This document shows positions 1 to 8,538 of a DNA stretch of 21,723 nucleotides, piece after piece. This DNA comes from Candidatus Micrarchaeaceae archaeon (lineage in GTDB: Archaea; Micrarchaeota; Micrarchaeia; Micrarchaeales; Micrarchaeaceae). Location of the stretch: assembly GCA_050013715.1 (NCBI GenBank), contig JBEKES010000012.1, forward strand, positions 1-21,723. The letters run 5' to 3'. Each line of letters starts with the position of its first letter. Position 1 is the first letter of the stretch. The notes beneath the pieces were generated by a model, which had not been told where the DNA came from, did not search any database, and worked only from the letters and a program-made list of their open reading frames with translations. A program made the position numbers and the translations under genes.

Positions 1-1
1 A

Positions 2-1012
2 AACGTGCAGATGCGCGCGCTTTCCAGTGGAGCAGATCTTGTAATAGGAACTCCAGGCAGAATAATAGACTTGATGGAAAGGGGAGCGCTCAAGCTTAAC
101 GGAATAAGATTCCTTGTGCTTGACGAAGCTGATCTGATGCTTGACATGGGATTCATAGAAGATGTTGAATACATAATATCCAATTCTCCAAGGGAAAGGC
201 AGACAATGCTTTTCTCCGCAACTATGCCAAGGGAAATAGCAGATATAGCAAGGAAGCACATGAAAACAGATGTAGCAAAGCTTACTGTTGGTGCAGAGGA
301 AGACATAACCGTAAACACAATTACACACAACTACTTCATAGCCAATGGAAAGCTCAAGTTTTCTGCACTGCTTGCATACATAGAGCAATTCAATCCTAAG
401 AAATGCATAATATTCGCATCTACCCAGCGCGAATCCGATTTAATACACAGATTTTTGGAAACAAATGGATTTGATGCAATCGTAATGCACGGAGGGCTCA
501 CGCAGGCAAAGAGAGAGTATTCGCTACGCGAATTCAGGCAGCATGCACGATTCTTGATATCCACGAACCTTGCCTCAAGAGGGCTTGACATTCCTGATAT
601 CAGCGATATAATAAATTTCGATGCACCTGACGATCCGAAAGTTTACGTTCATAGAGTAGGAAGATCTGCAAGAATGGGAAAAGACGGACGCGCATTCACA
701 ATATTTGAATACGAGCAAAAAGACCTCATGAATGCCACAAGCAGAACCGCAAACGTCAGAATGACACACATTGATCTTGACACTGCAAAATACAAGGACA
801 TAAAACTGCCGGTAGCTACGCATCATCAAAGAAGCGGCTACGGAAACAGAGATCAAAACAGGGGCGGTTCTAGATTTGGAAGCAGAGGAAGTTCCGGAGG
901 CGACAGATTCAACAGGAGCGGAGGAGGCGGAGGTTTCCATAGAAGCGGAGGATTCAGCAATAATAGAAGATCTGGAAACAGAAACAGGAATGAATACAAA
1001 CGAGGCAGCTAA
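2..1012 (+). CDS. DEAD-box ATP-dependent RNA helicase (DeaD/CshA-like), 5'-truncated by the window edge
   Basis: Motifs Ib GTPGR, II DEAD (LVLDEADLMLDMGF), III SAT, V (ASRGLDI) and VI HRVGRSAR, plus a G/R/N-rich C-terminal tail. Q motif and Walker A are absent and the frame is open to the window start. Confidence 0.95.
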   Translation, partial: NVQMRALSSGADLVIGTPGRIIDLMERGALKLNGIRFLVLDEADLMLDMGFIEDVEYIISNSPRERQTMLFSATMPREIADIARKHMKTDVAKLTVGAEEDITVNTITHNYFIANGKLKFSALLAYIEQFNPKKCIIFASTQRESDLIHRFLETNGFDAIVMHGGLTQAKREYSLREFRQHARFLISTNLASRGLDIPDISDIINFDAPDDPKVYVHRVGRSARMGKDGRAFTIFEYEQKDLMNATSRTANVRMTHIDLDTAKYKDIKLPVATHHQRSGYGNRDQNRGGSRFGSRGSSGGDRFNRSGGGGGFHRSGGFSNNRRSGNRNRNEYKRGS

Positions 1013-1938
1013 TCCTTCTTTTTATTCGAATTCAGAACTGCAAGGTAAAGCAGAGCTAGGCCCACAAGGATTCCTCCTACTATTGTTATAATGGATGCAG
1101 GTCCTGCTATTGCAGAACCTGTCATGTATTGAGTAACATCTACTCCCTTTCCAAACATGTATGGATATTCAATTAATCCAAAGAAGTTTATTGATGCGAA
1201 GATCCAAAGGAGTATCATGAACTTCGCAAACCTGCTTTCTCTAACTTTAAACAAGATGGAAAGGCCCAGCAATATCAGCGAGATTAAAATCAGGTAGTAC
1301 ATGCTTTCCAAATTGGAAAACACATAGGGCACAAATGCATAGGTAGCAAGAAGGAACAATCCGAATGCTATAAGCAAAACTGGATACATTTTCTTTGTGA
1401 ACCTTATCACATCAAAGAACATTGTAGCCATGAAAACGGTAAAGAGAAGGATTGCTATCAGCATCAGTATGTTGTACGGATTTATTATCAGCGCATAGAT
1501 GTTTATTGAGCTGCTCGTGAGATTGATTCCTGTGCCAGTTACGCTTGATGTGAGTATCGATATGGTTAGAATTGCGATTACCAAAGTCGCAATTGCATAG
1601 GTCTTGATGTAAAGTTTTTCATTTGATGGTTTTGACACATATTCGCTATAGGCAATGAAAGCATTTCTTACTACTAGGAATAAAGCAGCAAGAAGTGCAG
1701 GAAATACGTATGCAGTTCCTGCAACTTGCAATAATTTCGGATACGTCACCTCAAAATTAACAAGATAGAAGACCGCAAATGTTCCGTTTATCTCCCACAT
1801 GGTAAGTATGTATTTCTTCAGTTTATCAGTATAAACTTTATAGGACAAGAGTGCAAGCAGCGCAACTCCTATTTCAAGCATTAGCAAGGTAAGGAAAGCC
1901 GAGAATATGAAATAATTAAGCTGATAAAGTAAATTCAT
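1009..1938 (-). CDS. cydB: Cytochrome bd ubiquinol oxidase subunit II (divergent)
   Basis: About 8-9 hydrophobic segments; WEINGTFAV resembles the CydB W(D/E)xNxxW motif; ATGA overlap with the cydA stop (1935-1938). Confidence 0.85.
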   Translation of the reverse strand: MNLLYQLNYFIFSAFLTLLMLEIGVALLALLSYKVYTDKLKKYILTMWEINGTFAVFYLVNFEVTYPKLLQVAGTAYVFPALLAALFLVVRNAFIAYSEYVSKPSNEKLYIKTYAIATLVIAILTISILTSSVTGTGINLTSSSINIYALIINPYNILMLIAILLFTVFMATMFFDVIRFTKKMYPVLLIAFGLFLLATYAFVPYVFSNLESMYYLILISLILLGLSILFKVRESRFAKFMILLWIFASINFFGLIEYPYMFGKGVDVTQYMTGSAIAGPASIITIVGGILVGLALLYLAVLNSNKKKD

Positions 1939-3269
1939 TGGTTCACCAGTTCATTTTCCAATGGCCTCTCTTTCAGAAGCTTCCTTATCGCCAATACTGT
2001 TACCGGAATGACCAATACGTAAAATGCAAGTATCGCAAAGCCTACTGGAAGTATTGAAGGGGAATAGTTTGCTGCTTGGCTTACTGTCATTACATTGTAG
2101 ATTATCCATGGCTGCCTTCCTAGTTCTGCAAGCACCCAGCCATCTTCAAGTATTAGTACGCTCAATATCCCTGCAAATATTATTGCCTTGAGCATTAGCT
2201 TGTTAGACAATGGGTTCTTCTTCAATAATTGAAGCACAAACCATATTATGAGTATCAATCCTAGAAGAATTGCCATGAAAAACATGAAATCGAACATCGG
2301 ATGCACTATCAAGGGAGGCCATGTCGATTCGTTGTAGCTTGCAAGCCCTGGAACTGTTCCGTTTGCACTTCCGGTTGCAAGTATGCTTTGAAGATTTGGT
2401 ATTGGTATGAAATACTTAAGAGTTCCATTTACCGGGAATCCTCCAATTCTTTCAGGTGCATGCGATTGCGATTGTATGTTACCTTCTATTGCTGCATATT
2501 TCTCAGGCTGTATTGTGACCAATTGCTTAAGTGATTGCAATCCGCTTATTACTGAGAAGAACGTAGCTATCAGTCCTACCATAAGAAACAATGTCAATGC
2601 CTTTTTGTAGTATCTTGATTTGTTTTCGTCTCGTGACCTAAGCAGCATGTAGCCGAACAAAGCTGCAAATATAAGAGAGCCCGCAGTGTAGGAGCTCGAC
2701 AACACATGGAATATCTCGGTCCATGTTGACGGTGTGAAGAATACCGCCCATGGTTGTACATTCGTAATGATTCCTGTTTTCAGATAATTGCTTATGTTGA
2801 ATCCATTGGGCGTATTCATGAACGCGTTTATCATTGTTATAAGAACAGCAGAAAGCGCTGCGCCTATTGCTATGGGAATACCTGCAATAAGATGCGTGTA
2901 TTTGCCTTTGAAACTGTCCCAGCTGTAGAAGTATATTGCAATGAATATCGCTTCAAGGAAGAAGGCGAATGTCTCTATGTAAAATGGAAGTATCGCAACC
3001 TGGCTTACAAGCGCCATGAACTTCGGCCACAACACGAGTATGTTGATCGCAACAAGTATTCCCGACGCCGTTCCGATTGCGAACAATACAATGAAAATTA
3101 TTGAAAGCCTTTTTGCAAGTATTTTGTAATCGTTGTCGTTTTTCTTTATGCTGAGGTATTCTGCAATTAGTATTATGACAGGAAGCGCCATCCCAATAGA
3201 GGCAAGCACTATGTGGATCGCAAGGGCAAAAGCCATGAGAAACCTGTCGAACAAGACAATGAACAACAT
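1935..3269 (-). CDS. cydA: Cytochrome bd ubiquinol oxidase subunit I (short Q-loop type)
   Basis: Conserved CydA motifs: AIHIV (His), ETFAFFLE, NAFMNTP, FHVL (heme b558 His), QPEKYAAIEG (Q-loop), GWVLAELGRQPW. AGGTGT RBS at 3271-3276. Confidence 0.96.
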   Translation of the reverse strand: MLFIVLFDRFLMAFALAIHIVLASIGMALPVIILIAEYLSIKKNDNDYKILAKRLSIIFIVLFAIGTASGILVAINILVLWPKFMALVSQVAILPFYIETFAFFLEAIFIAIYFYSWDSFKGKYTHLIAGIPIAIGAALSAVLITMINAFMNTPNGFNISNYLKTGIITNVQPWAVFFTPSTWTEIFHVLSSSYTAGSLIFAALFGYMLLRSRDENKSRYYKKALTLFLMVGLIATFFSVISGLQSLKQLVTIQPEKYAAIEGNIQSQSHAPERIGGFPVNGTLKYFIPIPNLQSILATGSANGTVPGLASYNESTWPPLIVHPMFDFMFFMAILLGLILIIWFVLQLLKKNPLSNKLMLKAIIFAGILSVLILEDGWVLAELGRQPWIIYNVMTVSQAANYSPSILPVGFAILAFYVLVIPVTVLAIRKLLKERPLENELVNQ

Positions 3270-3274
3270 AACAC

Positions 3275-3913
3275 CTATTTTTTAGAGCTGCTGAAACCGA
3301 ACCAAAGACATATTATGCCAACAAATTCCGAATAATATAAAAATACGGGAAACGAGGCGATATACAAAGTTCCTGCTATGACAACTATTATGACCCCAAG
3401 TATTATGCTGAGCATTCTCGGGTCTTTTTTCCTTTTGTATGAAAGCACTGCAATAAAAACCAATATTATGGAAGCCATGAAAGTTATTACAGAAGAGGAA
3501 TACAGAACTGCCAATGGCGGATTTCCAGAAGCAACGTAATTTGTGACTATGTTGCCTATTCTTGTTGCAATTACCGTATAAACAAGCGCAATTGTTGTCA
3601 CAGCTGCAAAAATATAATATAACTTTTTCAATTTGCTTGATTTGATCAGCTCCATGGATCCAAGAGCAAGCAGCTCGACAAGCAATGCAACTATGAATAC
3701 ATAGAAGTCTCCCAGCGAACTGCTGTATACGCCAAACGCGAATATTATCTCCAATAACGCTCCAATTGAGAAGGCCCAAAGGCCAACGCTCCAGAACATG
3801 AGACTTTTTGCTTTGGTCTTGTTGTATTTTCTAGTAAGAGAAATCGCAAGCAATAAACTCAAAACGAATATTACTACTGTGGATATGATTACCAATAACT
3901 GTGAATTTTGCAT
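3275..3913 (-). CDS. Integral membrane protein (~7 TM), first gene of the cydAB operon; paralog of 11808..12488
   Basis: About seven hydrophobic segments; ends 5 nt before the cydA start; shares the WSxGLxxFxIxxLLEIxFAFG motif with 11808..12488. Confidence 0.8.
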   Translation of the reverse strand: MQNSQLLVIISTVVIFVLSLLLAISLTRKYNKTKAKSLMFWSVGLWAFSIGALLEIIFAFGVYSSSLGDFYVFIVALLVELLALGSMELIKSSKLKKLYYIFAAVTTIALVYTVIATRIGNIVTNYVASGNPPLAVLYSSSVITFMASIILVFIAVLSYKRKKDPRMLSIILGVIIVVIAGTLYIASFPVFLYYSEFVGIICLWFGFSSSKK

Positions 3914-3971
3914 ATTACGTTAAGAATGGCAGTATTTTTAAGTTTTGCTATAATAAATTTCTTAAAATGTC

Positions 3972-4015
3972 GATGATACGTCCTTCAACGTATCGTCACA
4001 ATACTTATATATATT
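3972..4015 (+). promoter_or_regulatory. Inverted repeat GATGATACGT-N6-ACGTATCGTC followed by a BRE/TATA-like element ATACTTATATATA, upstream of the gnd-like/dxr operon
   Basis: 10-bp arms with one mismatch (3972-3981 and 3988-3997). ATAC...TATA starts at 4001, 42 nt before the ATG at 4043. Confidence 0.65.
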
Positions 4016-4042
4016 AAAACAAGTCAAAGGTTTTATGATTTA

Positions 4043-4945
4043 ATGGCAACAACCAAAGAAATAGGCATAATTGGACTGGGCCCTATGGGCTACAATATGG
4101 CAACAGTACTTCATAACAATGGATATTCATTAGCTTTATACAATAGGACAAGAGAAAAGGTTTCTGCATTTGAATCAATGGAAAATGTTTATGTGGCTAC
4201 AGATAAGGCAGATCTTGTAAATAAGCTTAGGAGTTCACAAAACGGTGTAACAATATTGGCAATGGTTCCCGGAGGTAAAGTTACTAACGAGTTAATGGGT
4301 GAACTCTCATTGATGATGCGCAAAGATGATATAGTTATCGATGGTTCTAACTCCTATGTTGAAGACTCTCTAGCTAACTACAAAAAACTAAAGGAAAAGG
4401 GTATATTCTACCTTGATGTTGGTTGCGGTGGTGGTCCTGAAGACATACTGAAAGGATTTACATTAATGGTTGGGGGTGACAAAGAGGCGTATGAATTATC
4501 AAAAGACGTATTTGAAGCTCTTTGTGGTGATAGAACCTATGGTTATGTTGGTCCTGCCGGTTCTGGTCAAACTGCAAAAGGATGGCATAATGTAGATTTT
4601 TATGCACAATTTGCAGTTTTCGCGGAAACTGCATCTGCATTGTTGGAAATGAAAAAACAAAATCCACTTCTTGATCTAAATGAAGTACTTAGATTGCACG
4701 CTGCAAGCCCTCCGATAACTGTCGACATACCTACTGCAATATACAATGCAATTAACGAAGGCAAACTGCCAAATGAAGCACCACAGATAAAGGTATCGGC
4801 AATGGTAATGCATGTTATAGATGTAGCAAAAGAGGCAGGAGTACATCTCCCAATTATAATGTCCATATTTGAGAAATATGGTTCAATGTCAGAGGAAGCA
4901 AGACGTGTACATGCTGGAGCAAAGACAATAATTGTTGGGCATTAA
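4043..4945 (+). CDS. Short-form 6-phosphogluconate dehydrogenase-like / beta-hydroxyacid dehydrogenase, divergent active site
   Basis: Rossmann motif GIIGLGPMG, YNRT, MVPGG, IDGSN, LMVGG, GSGQTAKGWHN (cf. GxGHFVKMVHNGIEY) and terminal GH. Several canonical Gnd substrate residues are altered. Confidence 0.75.
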   Translation: MATTKEIGIIGLGPMGYNMATVLHNNGYSLALYNRTREKVSAFESMENVYVATDKADLVNKLRSSQNGVTILAMVPGGKVTNELMGELSLMMRKDDIVIDGSNSYVEDSLANYKKLKEKGIFYLDVGCGGGPEDILKGFTLMVGGDKEAYELSKDVFEALCGDRTYGYVGPAGSGQTAKGWHNVDFYAQFAVFAETASALLEMKKQNPLLDLNEVLRLHAASPPITVDIPTAIYNAINEGKLPNEAPQIKVSAMVMHVIDVAKEAGVHLPIIMSIFEKYGSMSEEARRVHAGAKTIIVGH

Positions 4946-4965
4946 ATTTATTAAAGTGTGATAAA

Positions 4966-6168
4966 ATGGAAGAACTTAAAGGACTTGCAATTGCTGGTTC
5001 AACAGGATCCATAGGTAGGCAAACTTTGGAAGTAGTAAAAGAACAGGGCGGTTATAGGATTGTTGCCCTTACCTGTAACTCAAGAATAGACATATTGAAA
5101 CAACAGATAATTGACTTCCAACCAGATTATGCTGCAGTTACTGATGAAATGCAGGCAGAACAACTTAAGAGAGAACTTGCTAATTCGAGGACCAAAATTG
5201 TTTCAGGCATAGATAACGCTATAGACATTTGTCTTGATTCAAAAGTTGACCGTGTTGTTAATGCTATTGTGGGCATTGCAGGACTACGCCCCACACTTAG
5301 ATTCTTAGAAGAAAAAGACGTCGCTCTTGCAAACAAAGAGTCACTAGTGACAGGCAGTCATTTAATACAACAAATTAAGAAAAAAAGCCACAAAAAAGTA
5401 ATATTGATAGATAGTGAACACAATGCAATTCACCAAATAATACGCGCAAATCCTGATCATGAAATAAGAAACATAACGATTACTGCCTCTGGTGGACCGT
5501 TCTGGGACAAGGACATACATTTTTTCGATAATATTACCGTAGAGCAGGCACTCAATCATCCTACCTGGAAGATGGGAGGGCGCATAACAATAGATTCTGC
5601 TACGCTAATGAACAAAGGGTTTGAAGTCATAGAAGCATATAGAGCATTTCCACTTACTTTGGAACAGATAAAGGTTTTAATACATCCCACAAGCACAGTA
5701 CATGCTCTAGTGGAATTTGTAGATGGATGCACATTCGCACTACTGAGCAAACCAGACATGAAGTTACATATACAAGACGCACTTTACTATCCAGCCAGAC
5801 CTACGAACAATCTGCCAAGCCTCAACCTAGCAGAACTGAAAAAGCTAGAGTTTATTGAGCCAGATCTCCAAAAATTCCCATGCTTAGAACTGGCGCATGT
5901 TGCTGTAAAAATGGGAGGCACTGCACTAACTGTACTAAATGCCGCAGATGAAGTCTCTATTGAATTATTTTTTATGGGAAGAATAAAGTTCATGGACATA
6001 CCAAAACAGATCGAAAAAGAATTGATTATAACTCCTACAATACAAAATCCCTCATATACTGACATTATGGAAACCGATCGGCAAACTAGAACATCTATTT
6101 GCAGCAGATTGAATGTGCCTTTAAGAACAATAGGGCAAAGAAAAGCACTAATAAAACAGGTAGTATAA
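4966..6168 (+). CDS. dxr: 1-deoxy-D-xylulose 5-phosphate reductoisomerase
   Basis: GSTGSIG, LANKESLV, DSEH, TASGGPF, HPTWKMG, DSATLMNKGFEVIEA, PDMK and LNAADE. 400 aa, starting 20 nt after the gnd-like gene. Confidence 0.97.
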   Translation: MEELKGLAIAGSTGSIGRQTLEVVKEQGGYRIVALTCNSRIDILKQQIIDFQPDYAAVTDEMQAEQLKRELANSRTKIVSGIDNAIDICLDSKVDRVVNAIVGIAGLRPTLRFLEEKDVALANKESLVTGSHLIQQIKKKSHKKVILIDSEHNAIHQIIRANPDHEIRNITITASGGPFWDKDIHFFDNITVEQALNHPTWKMGGRITIDSATLMNKGFEVIEAYRAFPLTLEQIKVLIHPTSTVHALVEFVDGCTFALLSKPDMKLHIQDALYYPARPTNNLPSLNLAELKKLEFIEPDLQKFPCLELAHVAVKMGGTALTVLNAADEVSIELFFMGRIKFMDIPKQIEKELIITPTIQNPSYTDIMETDRQTRTSICSRLNVPLRTIGQRKALIKQVV

Positions 6169-6173
6169 ATTAT

Positions 6174-6827
6174 TCACAGGTTTTTGAAATCATTGATTTT
6201 TTGAGAAATGTTGCCTGAATTAAAGATTGCTGAACCTGCAATTATTTCGTTTGCACCTGCATCTGCTACTCTTTTACTGTTCTGTATATCTAATCCACCA
6301 TCAACAGCTATTATTGTTTTGTAACTGTTTTTGTCAATATATTCTCTTGCCTCTTTTATCTTTGCTATCGAGTCTTCCATGAAAGACTGACCTCCGAAAC
6401 CAGGTTCTACGCTCATTATCAACAGCAAATCAGTATATGGCAAATACTCTTTAATTGCATTAAACGGTGTTTTTGGTTTTATGGATATGCCTACCTTTTT
6501 GTTGAGCGATTTTATCATGTCTATGGTTTTTCTTAGATCATGCTTTGATTCATAGTGAACTATTATGGTATCTGATCCTGCATCGGCAAAGCTCTTTATG
6601 TATTTGTCTGGATGCTCTATCATTAGATGAGTTTCAAAGGGTATTTTCGTTGCATTTCTTATGGATGCAATGACCACTGGCCCAATGGTTATGTTGGGTA
6701 CGAATATGCCGTCCATCACATCTATGTGTATTCTGTCAACTTTGCAGCTGTCAAGCTCTTTTATTACTTCTCGAAGATTGCCAAAATCAGAGGATAGTAT
6801 AGATGGCGATATGAGGATTTTGCCCAT
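6174..6827 (-). CDS. rpe: Ribulose-phosphate 3-epimerase
   Basis: SPSILS, HIDVMDGIFVPN, HLMI, MSVEPGFGGQ, VDGG and AGSAIF. Start placed at ATG 6827 (MGKILISPS), downstream of a TATA-like element at ~6866-6874. Confidence 0.96.
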   Translation of the reverse strand: MGKILISPSILSSDFGNLREVIKELDSCKVDRIHIDVMDGIFVPNITIGPVVIASIRNATKIPFETHLMIEHPDKYIKSFADAGSDTIIVHYESKHDLRKTIDMIKSLNKKVGISIKPKTPFNAIKEYLPYTDLLLIMSVEPGFGGQSFMEDSIAKIKEAREYIDKNSYKTIIAVDGGLDIQNSKRVADAGANEIIAGSAIFNSGNISQKINDFKNL

Positions 6828-6886
6828 TTTGCTCACTGTGACTTGAAGTTTATCTAATTTAATGCTATATAAAACAAGCGCGTAAA

Positions 6887-6925
6887 TACGTCTCATAACG
6901 TAGTATTACCATACCTATTTATATG
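6887..6925 (+). promoter_or_regulatory. TACGT-N6-ACGTA palindrome plus BRE/TATA-like ATACCTATTTATAT upstream of the YjbQ-like gene
   Basis: TACGT at 6887-6891, ACGTA at 6898-6902 and ATAC at 6911. The 24-nt offset equals that at 3977/4001. Confidence 0.65.
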
Positions 6926-6954
6926 AATCCATTCAAAGGACTCTTGACGATTAT

Positions 6955-8016
6955 ATGGCAAAAAACGATATGTCAAAATCAGCAAGCGGCATGGATGTTA
7001 TTGAAAATATTGATGTCAATAAATTGACAACTCCAAGCCCTGTAAAGGTAATTTCTGAAATGATAGGAAACCCGACGAAGGGTACAAGCAGGAAGACAAT
7101 TGTCTCTGCAATGACAAGCGCAAACAACGGAAACTTGAGTGCCAATATAACTGAAATGGAAAATACTAATCTTAAGGAGCTTCAGGAACTAATGAAAACA
7201 GCTCAAATCATATCCTTTGAAACAAGCAAATACAGGAAAGACTTGCACATAAGGGACATATCGAGAAAGGTAGATGGCTGCATAAAAGGAGGAAGCCTTG
7301 ACAAGAGCGGCAAGGTAAAGGAAGGCTCAAGAGCCAAGACCGGTCTTGCTTTTGTATACGTCGAGAAGCCAGACACTGCTGTTATGTTGATGGAGCACGA
7401 GCCTGGATCTGTACATGATCTAAAGACAATACTCAATGCCAATGGCAAGGCACCTAACACTTCACTGTTCAGGCCATTTCTTCCTGTTCCTTTCATAAGC
7501 AGGAACATAAAGAGAGAAGGAGCATTATGCCAAGGCTGGGGCTGTATTTCACTGGTAGATGGCAACAAGGAAAGCCAAAAGACAGAAGTGAAGATAGCTG
7601 TGCTTGAAGCCGATATAAAGACAACCATAATACCTGCAAAGCCAAAGCCAGAACTATGGATGCTTGACATAACCAAGCAAATAAATGAGGTTCTTAAAAA
7701 ATCAAGTAAGAGCTATGGTCATGTAGTAATATGCACACCTCATACAACAGTTGGAATAACAATAAACAAGGAGGAATCGATATCTTGCTTTAAGAATACA
7801 TTAAATGCAATTGCACCAGAAAGCATAAACTACAAGCACAACAAAACCGCTGGGGACAACAACGGAAAAAGCCATCTTATGGCAGAATTCATAGGCAATT
7901 TCATAGTATTGAACTTCAAGAACAACAAATTGCAATTAGATGACAACAGAATCTATGCAATAGATTGCGACGTCCAAATACCAAGGGAAAGAGAGATAAT
8001 AACTGCAATTATATAG
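6955..8016 (+). CDS. Tandem two-domain YjbQ/UPF0047-family protein (secondary thiamine-phosphate synthase fold)
   Basis: C-terminal domain: LDITKQI, HTTVGITIN, YKHN..GDNNGKSHL and final R-E-I. N-terminal degenerate copy: RDISRKV, GLAFVYV, EHEPGSVHDL, VPF...GAL..GW. Confidence 0.75.
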   Translation: MAKNDMSKSASGMDVIENIDVNKLTTPSPVKVISEMIGNPTKGTSRKTIVSAMTSANNGNLSANITEMENTNLKELQELMKTAQIISFETSKYRKDLHIRDISRKVDGCIKGGSLDKSGKVKEGSRAKTGLAFVYVEKPDTAVMLMEHEPGSVHDLKTILNANGKAPNTSLFRPFLPVPFISRNIKREGALCQGWGCISLVDGNKESQKTEVKIAVLEADIKTTIIPAKPKPELWMLDITKQINEVLKKSSKSYGHVVICTPHTTVGITINKEESISCFKNTLNAIAPESINYKHNKTAGDNNGKSHLMAEFIGNFIVLNFKNNKLQLDDNRIYAIDCDVQIPREREIITAII

Positions 8017-8077
8017 TTTAATGACCAATTCAGTAAACTATTTATATCTCATATGCTGCTACTGTTAACGTGATTAT

Positions 8078-8512
8078 ATGGCATCTACAACTATACCTGC
8101 ACCAACATATGTTGAAAAAGATAGCGTAAGAGAAGTTATAGTAAGTACAGATTTATTAAGAAGATATAGAATCGGAGGTTATTTGCCAATTGGGGAAAGA
8201 TCTTGTAAACATGCAGGAATCGAAACTTTAAAGGGCACTCTTTTGTTACTAATAAATAAGAGCCAGGAAAGAATAATTCTAAACAGTACTCAAAGGAAGT
8301 ATATAGACGACTCTTTATGCGATTCTTTTGAGCTAGTAAGATCACCAGTAAAAATTAGTGAAGACGCAAGTTTAAGTGAACTAGCTCGCAGAGGAGATTT
8401 AAAAACGTATATTACTCTTAGAACTGGAGGGCAAGCGGAAGTAATATTTGATAACCAGAAATTACTTCTTTTGGCAATGTACATTAATTCTTTAGCTGCG
8501 TCTCCATACTAA
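8078..8512 (+). CDS. Hypothetical protein (144 aa)
   Basis: Fills the gap between the YjbQ-like gene and ispG. Has its own TATA-like element (8034-8047) and a GTGATTATATG start context. No recognisable motif. Confidence 0.65.
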   Translation: MASTTIPAPTYVEKDSVREVIVSTDLLRRYRIGGYLPIGERSCKHAGIETLKGTLLLLINKSQERIILNSTQRKYIDDSLCDSFELVRSPVKISEDASLSELARRGDLKTYITLRTGGQAEVIFDNQKLLLLAMYINSLAASPY

Positions 8513-8538
8513 ATTTATAATAAAGAAGATTTACCTCA

